Translations under genes and position numbers: made by a program
DNA from: Vermamoeba vermiformis
Lineage: Eukaryota
Direction of reading: 5' to 3'
DNA length: 48,616 bases
Assembly (NCBI GenBank): GCA_045837725.1
Contig: JBEWZL010000048.1
Coordinates: 248,001-296,616 of the forward strand
The notes under the pieces: generated by a model
What the model was told of the DNA's origin: nothing
The model's input: the letters and a program-made list of their open reading frames with translations, nothing else
Database searches by the model: none
Part shown: piece by piece, positions 26,090 through 37,987 of the stretch
How the letters are laid out: the number at the start of each line of letters is the position of its first letter
Position numbering within the stretch: position 1 is the first letter of the stretch

Positions 26090-26375
26090 GATGTGATAGG
26101 AATAGGACTGGTTTTGTGGTCCTGTTCAACGGCGAAGTGAGTGAAACAACAAACTCAATTTTATCTGAGCGCAAAGAGAAATTGAAATCTCTTTTCATAT
26201 ACTAACTCGACCCAATAACAACGCACGTACACGATGAACGCGCGAAAATGCCTTTGTTGTCCAAATTCGTGAGATTTCCGGCTAGGACAAAATGCGCAAC
26301 CTGAACTGACGCCAATTTCAGTTTACTTCTGACCTTCAGTAAGCACAACACATTAATATTTGTTGTTGTGGTAGC

Positions 26376-27994
26376 ATGGGACCGACTTACAGGTCACCGT
26401 GGCTACTTTTTGCTGTGATCCTTTTGTCAATGACAATTGCGACCAGTCAAGCCAAACAAATGAACTGTTTTTTGAATATATATTATGACTGCGAGGGAGT
26501 AGGTATGCAAATACTCGGATCGCGCGACGAAGATTACGTAAATTGGAAAAATACGAAAATTAGAATTAAAATTCATATTTTTATTTCGTGCACGTCATTA
26601 AATAAACTTTATATAGAGGAAATAGGAATATACAATGCTATCCACTTTCAGCTATTTGCAAAGAATGGATCCACTCTCAATATCACTTTGTCGACTGACT
26701 GTCTCCGAGAGAGCTCTCCTAACTGCACAACAGCAGTATTTTTCATCACTAAAGACGAGCTCAAATTATTTGCCAATCACACGCTCGATTTAAATAGGCT
26801 GACGTTTCCTCTCATCTACAACGCCAGCACGATTGACGCTGTAGCGCCTTTAAGCGCGAATATGGACTATGTAGTCATATATAATATCAACAACAACACC
26901 CGCATTCGTGCAGATTACAAGCTGGCCTATTTTCCTCCGTTTGGGCGAGAAGGTATGTGTTACTTAATACGCACAATAATTGCCTCAGATTAATGGTTCC
27001 TAATTTAGTATGCTTTACCGCACTTGGCAGCAGTATAGGAGTCGTCATCATCGTATTATTAACGTTATGTCTGTGCTGTTTGGGGCCAAAGAAAGAAATT
27101 TTTGATGATGCAGTAAGCCCTGTTACACGCGTACTTTAAGACCCTACTTAACCTTATGCATATCATAGGACGGTATGAATATACCTGATTATCCATATAA
27201 GCGCCCTCACGCGATTGACTGCATGCGATGGTGTACAATACCGTGTTGGGAAGAGCAGATTAATGGCTTCAAATACTACTGGTTGCAAATGGATCAAGTG
27301 TTTTGGATCATTTATCCTGAACGCAACGAGACATTGAATTTAGTCCAAAGAATTATAGTCACTATTACATTCTTGTTCTTCCACTTGATGCTGCAGATAT
27401 TTTGGAATCAAATATTTATCAGCAGAGATTTCATTTACGAAATAGCCGATGACACGCCCAAGTACATTGCATTCTTAGTGCTGCGTATATTCTCTAGCGG
27501 TACTGTCATTTGGGTCCTGGCCAAAATCTACAGGTAACAACACTGTCTAACTTCGTGCTGTAGCGTAATTGACACGTGTCATTCATAGGCCTTTCATTCG
27601 ATTCGTCGCACAGCCTAAACCTATTTGGCACGATAGTCCTTCAAAGGCGAAACGAGTTTTCGGTCAGATATTCAAATTCACCGGGCTATTCGTGCTGATC
27701 GGTGTTGTGGTTTACACGACGATTGCGTTGTACTGGACCCTTCAGACCTACATCTGCAGCTACATTTGGTTCCAAATCGTTATCCCGTTCTTGGGCACTG
27801 TTATTGTCGACAATGTGATTATTGGCACACCTACACGGTACTGTGGATACGTAATGAAAAACACGTGCGGCAAGCGGGTCAATTTGGACGAACAGCGCCA
27901 TTTACTGCCCATCCGCGAGAAGCCAAAGCGCCGTGGCTGTTGCTCGTGTTGCTGCAGCCCTAAGGAGGAGCAGCACGCTTATAAATCCTTGTAA
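26376..27994 (+). CDS. Signal-peptide-bearing multi-pass membrane protein with Cys-rich tail
   Basis: Hydrophobic N-terminus, ectodomain with N-x-S/T sites, about 5 hydrophobic segments, C-terminal GCCSCCCS; introns incl. 26503-26616 and ~27534-27589. Confidence 0.7.
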
Positions 27995-28203
27995 ATAAAT
28001 AGATCTAACTGCGTGTAACTCTGCGGCATGACGTGACTCAAATTGACGTTATTTAAGGTTCTTTTATTGTGCAAAATTTACAAGTCAATAAGAACGATCG
28101 ACAATATGGTAATATACTAAGAAAATAGAAAAACAACACGGAATTACCCGCATAAATTACTAAGAGTCATACATAGAGCTCTGTACACGTCCTGCTAATG
28201 AAT

Positions 28204-29438
28204 TTAGAGGATGATGCACTTCTTCTTCTTGTTGGGCTTGAACAAGACAGCCTTGACTGCCTCATCGAAGACGTGCTTCAAATTGTCGCCAGTCTTGGCT
28301 GAGCATTCAATGTACTTCAAGGCCTTGATCTTGCGAGCAAGTTCCTCACCCTATGAATATGACAGTATTAAGCACTGCTCGGGAGTAACGTGCGCAAACA
28401 AAAGGCGTTGAAATTTTAAAATGAGAATCGTGGGCAGTATCTAACAATCTTGCCACGCCTATATAATGGTGAAGTAAGCAACGTACCTTAGCAGTAGTGA
28501 TGGGCTGTTGGTTGCTAGCTCTGAGCTTTTCAATGATAGTGGAGTCGTTTCTGCAATCGAGCTTAGTACCGATCAACAAGTGAGGAACATCAGGGCAGAA
28601 GTGCATCAATTCGGGGTACCACTATAAACGTAATCAAGTTAATATTGCAGATAAGGCACTGGTGTTGTTGAAGCAGAAAGTTGAAATTGAATCCCGCGGC
28701 GAATCGGATTCAAAAAAAGATTTTTGGTAATGCAAAGGAATGCGGGTATGATAATACGTACCTTAGCAGTAACGTTTTCGTATGAGACAGGGTTGACAAC
28801 AGAGAAGCAGATCAAGAACACGTTGGCATTAGCATAAGACAAAGGTCGCAATCTGTCGTACTCTTCTTGACCTATACTCATAATAATAATAAATACGCTG
28901 TTTGTATGGCTAATTGAGCAATTAAACGTACCGGCAGTATCCCACAAACCGAGTTCAATAGTTTGATCGCCAGCGTTCACATTCACGACGTAGTTGTCAC
29001 TAGTCAATCATAATTAATACTCTGATGCCTGTATAATAATTATATTATACTTACAAGACAGTAGGGACGTAATCGTGAGGGAACTCGTTCTTGGCGTAGG
29101 AGATCAACAAACAGGTTTTACCGACGGCACCGTCACCTATGTAATAACGTAAAATTAATAATTATGCGCACATAATTTATATAGTAGTATTAGAGTCATA
29201 AAGAGGTTTGTAATAATTAGTTTATAAAATAGGAAATAGAAATTATTGTGATCAATTTTATATGAACGTTTGAAAATAAGACAATCCAATTTATTACGGC
29301 CAATTTTATGTGTAATATTATTCCGTGCAGTAATTATATAATTTAAGCTGTAGCATAACGAGATTTTGTAGACTATTTTTAACGCACGATGCGTCGAATC
29401 TTACCGACGACAACCAACTTGATAGTTAAAGTGCTCAT
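28204..29438 (-). CDS. Rho-family small GTPase (Rac-like)
   Basis: Spliced: [57 protein letters not shown], polybasic tail plus CaaX KKKKCIIL; 5 introns. Confidence 0.96.
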
Positions 29439-29840
29439 GATTGTGTTACTTAAATCAAATAGTATACTCTTTGATTGAATTGAAACCAATGCGAAAACCA
29501 ATGATTTCAAATTTGCGTTAGGCGAACAGAAACCGAGCTGTTAAACTTGATAAAAATGGAAATATACGAGTAAGATTGCCCCAAGAACGTCATATGCATT
29601 ATTTCTGTTATGCGAACAGGATTCAGCTATTCCGATTCGTTGCACTCGCCCCAGTTCTTGCTACAACTCGTGGTCGTCCCACCTGACTTATGGTCTTGAT
29701 CCACGAAGGCCCGCTGGTCTTTTGCTCTATCTAGCATGTTGTCGCGGTTTGAGCAAGAAATTGCGAGTTCGTTGAGTTTACCAGTGTTCGTACTCGGGCA
29801 GATCTGCCATTTTTATTAGCCACACCACAGAACAAGCACA

Positions 29841-30405
29841 ATGTCGCGCCAAATCACTGGACGCACTTCTCAATATTTTTGGTCACGATTTGTGTCAAAG
29901 AGAAGCTATTCAACCAACACTGACCGCGTCAGTCAATTGGAAGCTGAATTAGAAAAGAGTCACTGGCATGCACCTGCTCCTGCAGTTCCTGCAATGGTAT
30001 ATTAATTTTTATAATACATTGCGAGTATAATGCACCAGTCTGCTGCGTTTTATAATAATTTATTAGATATTTAGCGCATCAAGCAAATAATAATTTTTAT
30101 TTCGATAGAAAAAAGTCGGCCGCGTGGTTATTCCTGTAATTGCCGTTCCTTATTTCGCTAGCTTGACTTACAGAGTTAAATTGGCCAAGGAAGGCAAAGG
30201 CGCTTCCCGTGTTGACTTCGAGGACTCTGTTTGGGGATCTAGCGTTCACAGGTATGCCTTATTAATTGTTTATTAATTACCATATTATAGCGTGTTTATT
30301 TTCATATTTATTTTGAATAATTATTAATTTGTTTCGTGCAGCTACTCTGGTGTTGCTACCCGAGCATTTTTGACTGCCCTCACTTACGCCATCATTTTCC
30401 TCTAA
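29841..30405 (+). CDS. Small (120 aa) putative mitochondrial membrane protein, absent from ORF track
   Basis: Exons 29841-29996, 30109-30251, 30342-30405 join in frame across AT-rich GT-AG introns; presequence-like MSRQITGRTSQYFWSRFVSKRSYS; two hydrophobic segments. Confidence 0.7.
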
Positions 30406-30949
30406 GTATTATATTAATATGCAACGAATATCTATATCATAATCTTACCAAACTGGTTGTGTCTTTGTTAATAAACTGATCGGTCATACCCGATCATCCA
30501 ACGAAAACCAGCGATACCAGCATAATTGAACTTATAATAATACGACGAAGAATGTATTGCGTTCAATGATTGCATGCGAAATATTGTAACCAACGAACGA
30601 GAACGGTTCAACCTGATCGGATCTGGCCAAGGAATAGTAATGAATTTAAGTATTGCGCCAGAGTATTAATGAGGCGTGTACACGTGAGTACCAAGTTAGC
30701 TGAGAGCAGCTCTGTGAGACTCAGACTCCAGATGCAGCCGGTGTTTTCATCAAGGTTTAAAAAACTGGCCAGCTACTTGTTTAAAATTCCGTGTGATCTA
30801 CTTTGGTGGTGCTCTGGTACTTAAATATAAGTGGCTACTGCACCACGTGTTGTTTTTACGAAATTTTTGTTGCGCGCCAAAATTGCGCTCCAAAATTTGA
30901 ATTAGATCAGTGTCTCTTGTGAATGGAGCGCTGCTAGTCCTGTATAATA

Positions 30950-33900
30950 ATGACCGATAAAGATTCGGAGAAGACAACCACGTTTCACAGGGCTGCCTTC
31001 ATTGGCAACGCCACTCTGTTGACTTCTTTTCTAGATGAGGGCGTAGATGTGAATGCAGCGATTGATCAAGTCACGCCCCTTCACTTGGCTGCTGGACAAG
31101 GTATTTTTATTACTAGAAATACATTTACAGCTCGATCCGAATTAAATAACGTGTAAACTGAAAATTATTGTCGAAAAAATCCAACTTAATCCAATTATTT
31201 TAGGCCACGAAGAGTGCGTGAAGCTCTTATTAAATCGTGGTGCAAATATTTCAGCGATGGATAAAGAAAATATGAGTGCGCTACACCGCGCAGTTAAAAA
31301 TAATCACCAATCGATTGTAGAATTGCTAGTTAAGCAACAAAATTACGAAGATATCCAAGAAAATAGAGAGGTAATATTTATGTCCTTAAAATACAACTGA
31401 TCTGACCTCGCTACAATTAGAAATCAAGAATGGATCTGACCAATTTGTTTGTACACAACGGTGCTACTTTATTTATTACTTTCAACAACGGAGTATATCA
31501 CGTCGAACATGCAGGCATCAACAAATCAATAAAAACAACGCGTGCTGATTTGTGCCATCGCAGCGGCAAATGGTACTACGAGGTGACCATTAAGACAGGT
31601 ACACTACAATATATAAGACTATTATAATGCAACAATATGTATTTAAGTTTCGTTCTAGGCCTTCCCTCGAAGATTGGATGGATGTCAATCGACTCTAATA
31701 TTGACGTACGTAGTATTAGACAGTTAAAGTAGTGCTCTAACATAACATTCACATAGAACCCACTCGGGCTTGGCGGTGATTCGTTTTCGTATGCTTATGA
31801 CGGACGACGCAAATACAAGTGGCATTCACGCCGCGCAGAGTCGTACGGCAAGAAATGGACTGTTGGTGATGTTGTGGGCTGTTACGCGGATCTGGATCAA
31901 GGCACTGTTTCTTTTTCACTGAATGGCGAGTCATTGGGAGAAGCATTCACAGGTGTTGACGGCACCAGAGGTCTGTTCCCTGCAGTCAGTTTGAGTGCGT
32001 GGGATCAAGTGTCACTTAACTTTGGCACGGAGACATTCAAGCACCACACAAACACGCAATTTCAGCCACTGATTAGCCCTGATATCAAATACAACTCTCC
32101 ATTGCACATTGCGGCTATACACGGTCGCGAAGAGTGCGGTGAGGTGTTGTTAGAGAACGGTGCGGATGTCAATGAACGCAACTGGGAGGGCTGCACTGCA
32201 CTGCACTTAGCAGCGAGCCACAAGCACCCCGAATTCATCGAGATGTTGCTGGATAAAGGTAAGCACAAGGTGCATACCAGCGAACTAAACAGGCTAACAA
32301 ATGGTGTAGGAGCTTCGACAGAGGAGCGGCAAGCAGCGAACTCACAGACAGCTCTGCACAAAGCAGCGTACTTTGGTGAAGCTGAATGTATTGAAGTGTT
32401 GCTCGATCACGGAGCTGTAATCGACAGTCAAGACAAGCAAGGACGCACACCAGTGTTCTACGCAGTGGTTGGTCAGCACATGGAGTGCTTGCAAGTGTTG
32501 ATTGACCGCGGTGCTAACAACTATCCCGAGGACCGTCATGCGCGTGGATTGTTGCACGTTGCAGCAGCACAGCTCGGCAATGAGTCTAGCGAGCTGATCT
32601 CATTCTTGTTGCAAATCGGACACGATGTCGATGCAGTTGACGAGGCAGGCAAAACAAGTTTGCACTGGGCAGTGATGTCTGGCAACGTTGAGGCTGCTCG
32701 CGAACTCATTTCTCGAGGAGCGAACGTGAACCACTCTGATAATCAACAATCAACTCCGCTGCACATGTGTGGCACTAGAAACAGTGTCGAATGCACTCAA
32801 CTGTTGCTAGATCACGTAAGTTACACACCACTGTGTCATGTGCCGACACTGACATCGCCATTAGGGAGCTGATACCGATTTGTCCTCTGCGTTACTCGCA
32901 GCAGCTTCTCTTAGCGCAGATAATGTCGTGTCATTGCTCCTTCAAGCTCCGAGCATTGACATTGACGGTCACAGTGACGCTCAGCCTACTGCTTTATTTG
33001 CAGCGGCATCGTCGGGAGATTTAGAAACAGCCAAGCTGTTGCTCGAGCATTGTAAGTATCAATCACATGTTTGATGCAATTTTAATTCATTCGTTAGTTG
33101 CCGATCCTAATGCACGATGTGCGAGTGCTTCAAATCGCATTTCATTGCACGGTGCTTGCGAGAGCGGCTTTGTACAGATGGTTAAGTTGTTGTTGGAACA
33201 CAAGGCCCTGCCTAATTTGGAAGATGACAATGCCGAGACATCGCTTCACTTGGCTGCCAAGAATGGCCATTTAGCTTGTTTGAATGAACTTTTGACGAGC
33301 GGTGGAGACGCCAACTTGAAGAACAACAACGGAGCAACACCGTAAGTACTTGAGTAATACTTTAATGTGCCTCTCTATTAATATTTTCAACTTAGCCTCG
33401 ATTATGCAGCTCTCTCGGGCCACACAGACATTGTGATGAGATTGATCGAAATTGGTGCAGAAATGAACTACAAGCAGCCACTCATGGCGTGGACACAGCC
33501 CACCATTCAAGGAGATATCCCGCCACCTCTAGTGTGGTCAACGATCACTGCTTTCCAAAACAAGTATTACCTTGTAGGAGGGTTAAGTGAGCACGCTAAA
33601 CCTGGTGAGATGCGCGTCTATTGTCTGGAATATGTGCCGTCACCTAAGGTCACAAGCGAGGACTCGTCAAAGGCTGTCAGTGACACGGCCAGTCAATCAA
33701 GTGAACCCGATTCAAAGGACACGTCCGTGGCTGTGTGGAAGAAGTTACAATGCACGGGCGATGTACCTGAGGGACGTTATCACCACAAAGCAATCTTGCA
33801 TCACCACGAACTGTACGTATTGGGTGGCTACACTCTTGACACCGTGCGTGGTCGTCTCGTGGGCTTCGATGTAATTCACGTGCTGGACTTGGTGACACTT

Positions 33901-36148
33901 CAATGGTCACAACGCAGTGCCTCGGGGTATATTCCACCAGCTTTGCGAGGATTCTCAGCCAACAAAATGCACAACAAGGCCTACATCTACGGTGGAAAGC
34001 ATCAAATGAGGCCCACCAAGAAGTTATTCGTGTTGGATCTGGACACGCTAGAATGGGCGCAAGTAGAAGCGTAAGTGTGGCTTGTTGAAGCGTCGATTAT
34101 TTCTTGCCTAACGTTCTGTCTAGTGTCTCAAAGGAAGGTGTCGAGCCCACTGAACGAGCCAATCATTGCGGCGTGTTCTTCGGCAAGCGATTGTTCTTGT
34201 TGGGCGGTATTGAACACGATGAAAAGTCGCCAGACAGTATGAGTAATGCTCCATATTAGATAGTTACACTTAACTAACATCAAGACAGTTATTGACGTGT
34301 TTGATCCCGAAACTATGACATGGCAGCAACCACCAGCTGTGATTGGCACTCCAGCCAATGTCGGCTTTGAATGGGCACTTGTCGTACGAAATTATCAAGT
34401 GCTCGTGTTTGGAGGATTCGAAGACACACCGTTCTGGGTATTTAACTACGATGAAGTGCACAACACAGTCACGTGGGTGAATCCTAAGGTCAGTGGCAGC
34501 ATCCCTCGATCACGTGTATCTCAATGCGGAGATATTGCCGACAACAAGCTTGCCATGTTTGGTGGCAGTTACAAGAACGAAGTGTTCGATGATTTGAACA
34601 TTTTGATCACCGAAGAAGAAAGTTTCCCGCTCGAATCAGATCTGCGCAAAGTTGTTGATTCAAAGGACTTTCACGATGTAGAGGTGAGTATATTGGAAAA
34701 CACAATATTGGCTGGTAACTAATCACTGCGGGTAGATCATCTTGGAGGACCGTAACGGAACCACTTCAAAGTTCTTCGCGCACAAGATCATTTTGGACAC
34801 TAGATCGAGTGTGTTCCGTGCGTTAATTGCAGAGCTCGAAGCAAAGCAGTATCCAGGTTCAAAAATTTTGCAGATCCGTTTGAATGATATCAGTCGTGGT
34901 GTGCTGGCACTCTTGCTCGAGTTTGTCTACACTGACAGCGTGCGCGCACCTCCTCAAATGGCTTTAGAGCTCGTGCACGTGACCAAAAAGTACCTGCCTG
35001 ACCGACATTTGCGACTAGTGCATCAGGTACGAAACTATTGTTCTAATTACAGTACTGCGAGAGACAGCGTCTAACACAAGAGCAGATCATTCGTGATGTC
35101 GGTCACACGGACAATCATCAAGCAGTGCTGCAAGAACAGGTGTACAGCGCATTCAACAATCCCAAGCACTCAGACATTACATTTATCTTGCCAGACAAGA
35201 GCAAGTTCTACGCGCACAAAGTCATCTTGGGCTCTCGTTGCGATCACTTCAGAGCACTGTTCAGCTCAGGATTCGACGAGAGCAAAGTGACGCAGATCGA
35301 CGTGACAAGTGTCAAACAAGAGATCTTCTTGAAGGTCATGCAATTCTTGTACAGCAATCACACTGAGATAACACACGAAGATGCCGTAGATTTGTTAATT
35401 GCTGCTGATTTGTATCGCATTCCTGACTTGATCGCCAACTGCGAGGAGTTGTTGATGGTACGTTCCAGACCAATCTTTCGTTTTGCGATGGACAATAATA
35501 TACTCTCTGTAGCGACACTTGGATGACGACAATGTGATTGGCATGTTCCAAGTCGCTGAGATGTACAACGCCGCACAATTGCAGTCGTGCACACTCGCGT
35601 ACATCATGCGCGACTACGAACGTATCAGCCAATCAGACGATTACAAGGCTTTGACCAAGTCTCAGCTTAACATCATCGAGAACAAGCGTTATGATCTCAC
35701 CTCTCGATCCTCGCACAGCAGTGGCAGTGAACATGAGGCTCATGAAAGTCATGCGGATCTGGGTCCTGACACGCACATGGACAACATGAATCCTTGGGCC
35801 TTAAATAATAACAACAATAATAACATGCCCAATAACAATAACAATAACAACAACAATAATAATAATAACAATAATAATCACGACGGAGACGATGGTGAAA
35901 AGAAGTTTTCATCAGACGGATCGGAAGGCTCGTCAACACTGACGCTGAATAACAATAACATTGAGAATAATAACAATAACAACAACAATACTAATGTAAA
36001 GAAAGCAAAGACAATTAAGCGCAAGACAGAGAAGCCAGAAGAGAATCAAGAGAGCTCATCGACTGCCATGACGTTGTTGGCCCTTACTACAGCTGTCATT
36101 ACTGCATCAATATTTTGGTTCGCGTACAAGAGGGTGCAGCGCGAGTAA
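30950..36148 (+). CDS. Ankyrin-SPRY-ankyrin-Kelch-BTB-BTB protein with poly-Asn region and C-terminal membrane anchor
   Basis: ANK (TPLHLAAGQG, TALHKAA, TSLHWAV); SPRY (GKWYYEV, SYAYDG, VVGCYADLDQGTVSFSLNGESLGEAF, LFPAVSL); Kelch (PEGRYHH, LYVLGG, AYIYGG, LAMFGG); two BTB (FFAHKIILDTRSSVFRAL; FYAHKVILGSRCDHFRALF); terminal TM LLALTTAVITASIFWFAY-KR. Confidence 0.85.
35803..35990 (+). repeat. Coding (AAT/AAC)n poly-asparagine microsatellites
   Basis: Runs such as aataacaataacaataacaacaacaataataataataacaataataat encoding N tracts. Confidence 0.9.
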
Positions 36149-36478
36149 CCTCAAGATTTCAATTTGTAATATAGTAAACGCCTTTTGTAAAGAAGCTGCA
36201 ACCAATTTGGCCCGCCAAAAATTTTCGTTTCGAAGTTTGAACAACAGCTGACAGTTATTATTATTAATTAAGCACGTTTAACAACACACTAGCATGGAAG
36301 TATATCTTCATTAAACTTAGCAAGCACTCGCTGAATTCGATAAATAACCATGCAACCTTTGATCCTGAATTCAGCTAGCTGCAGCCATGGCAATGAATTA
36401 ATGCGTCAATTTTATTAATAAGCTAGTAATATAACCAGCCTATGAGACTTGTAAGTCCAATCGCTTAATTTTGCGTTA

Positions 36479-37030
36479 CTGTAAACTGCCAAATAACTGG
36501 CAAAAAATCGGCAGCCTGCGATCAGCACGCGAACAAACAAAAAATTCAATTTAGCAATTTCAAATAATTATTATTTATACATACATATATATTCAAATAG
36601 TTTTGATGCTAGCCGACAAATTAAAGCAAAATTTGTTACCAAATCCGCATCGGGGATCCGCGTTTTCTCATTTGTACGCACAATGGTTGCGGTGGTTTTG
36701 CTACAGATAAATATATATAAAGATATATCCCACTTTAATTGCAAAATTGAGCAAAAGTTGCACAAAAATTGCGAAGATGCATCCGTTCGTCATCACAAGT
36801 TTTAGCACAGTCTCACACAAATTTACATGCGATATTCATGATTCTCTGTACTAAATAGATACATACATCAAATCATGTGGTCTTCATGCAAAACGATGCA
36901 GCTTCTGTGCAGAAAAATGCAGAGTAAGCACAACTTGCCGTTTTTGCTCCGCAAAATAATTTTTTGTCGCCAGCTGGAATCGAACCCTGGCGCAACTTGC
37001 ACTTTGTGCCACTTATTCGGCAGTTTACAG
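36479..37030. mobile_element. Non-autonomous DNA transposon (MITE), Tc1/mariner-pogo type, 552 bp
   Basis: 28-bp terminal inverted repeats: left CTGTAAACTGCCAAATAACTGGCAAAAA, right (reverse complement) CTGTAAACTGCCGAATAAGTGGCACAAA, 25/28 identical; TA on both flanks (36477-78, 37031-32); no transposase ORF. Confidence 0.75.
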
Positions 37031-37085
37031 TAATAATCTAATTTCAAATAATTCACTTGGAAAGTTGCTGAAATATTACATTTTA

Positions 37086-37745
37086 TTACACTTTACTGTT
37101 AATTAGCTGATCTAGCTTCGTTTCGTTTTGCTTTTTGCGATCCAATGCTAATTTTTGAACTTCTCGTTCTTTAATCACAACAGTTGCCATCATGCCACTC
37201 AACAGTGCCATTGTCGCCGCGAAAAAAGCAATAGCAGCTGAGAGGCTCACTTGGCGCGCAACCACTTGTTGAACTAAGAAAAACACGCAGTGATAGAACC
37301 GCACGAGCTTGTAGATCCAGAGCTTGGCCACTGTCCACGGATACCAGCGCATAAGGACGCGATAATTGCCTATGATACAGAAGATGATCGCACAGTACAT
37401 AATGGAGGCATGTATTGAAATTCCTGAGGAGTGATCGCGAGGCACGTTCGGATTCTCGATTAGCATAAAGATGAATGAGATGGCTGAGCCAATTCCACCG
37501 ACCAATATAACGTCTATTTTTACATAGTAGCGCCAGAAAGCTTTGCCAGCGATAAGGATCGAGCAGACGAGGAAGATCGCAATCCGGGGGTAAGTCGTGT
37601 AACAAAATACTTCGTAAGGCAACAATTTATCCTCCATATTCATAACTAACATCAAGCCTACTGTGGCAGTGAATAGCTCCACGATGATAATCAGCCACAA
37701 GGTCAGCCATTGCAGGGCTGGTCTGTTTTCAAGTGGCGTTGTCAT
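37086..37745 (-). CDS. Intronless ~6-TM membrane protein of unknown family (paralog A)
   Basis: Single ORF with about 6 hydrophobic segments, homologous to 37988-38650; start 37745 chosen by alignment (upstream in-frame ATGs at 37754, 37811). Confidence 0.8.
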   Translation of the reverse strand: MTTPLENRPALQWLTLWLIIIVELFTATVGLMLVMNMEDKLLPYEVFCYTTYPRIAIFLVCSILIAGKAFWRYYVKIDVILVGGIGSAISFIFMLIENPNVPRDHSSGISIHASIMYCAIIFCIIGNYRVLMRWYPWTVAKLWIYKLVRFYHCVFFLVQQVVARQVSLSAAIAFFAATMALLSGMMATVVIKEREVQKLALDRKKQNETKLDQLINSKV

Positions 37746-37987
37746 TTGTTGCATTGACGAGTGAAAGAGATGCGCTGAATATGAAGTGATATCAAATCTT
37801 GTAGCAATCATTATTATGACCGTCCCGTTTAAATTTCATGCTCATGTGAATCGGTCTCAGCTGACAGCTGTGTACAGCACATCAAGTCCCATTTTACGCT
37901 ATAAATTGCAACGAACCAATCAGTTATAACTTCGGATCATTATATTGACAGCAAGTTAATCTATCAAAAGATTTTAACCCATCCAGA

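Noticed and set aside
29590-29820. GC-richer block between Rac and the microprotein as a structured ncRNA
   Set aside because: No recognisable snRNA, SRP or RNase P/MRP motif by eye; could be UTR or promoter. An Rfam scan would settle it.
36960-37030. tRNA gene suggested by GGTTCGATTCC on the minus strand
   Set aside because: T-stem pairs at only 2 of 5 positions and no D-arm, anticodon arm or acceptor stem can be built; kept as a B-box inside the MITE.
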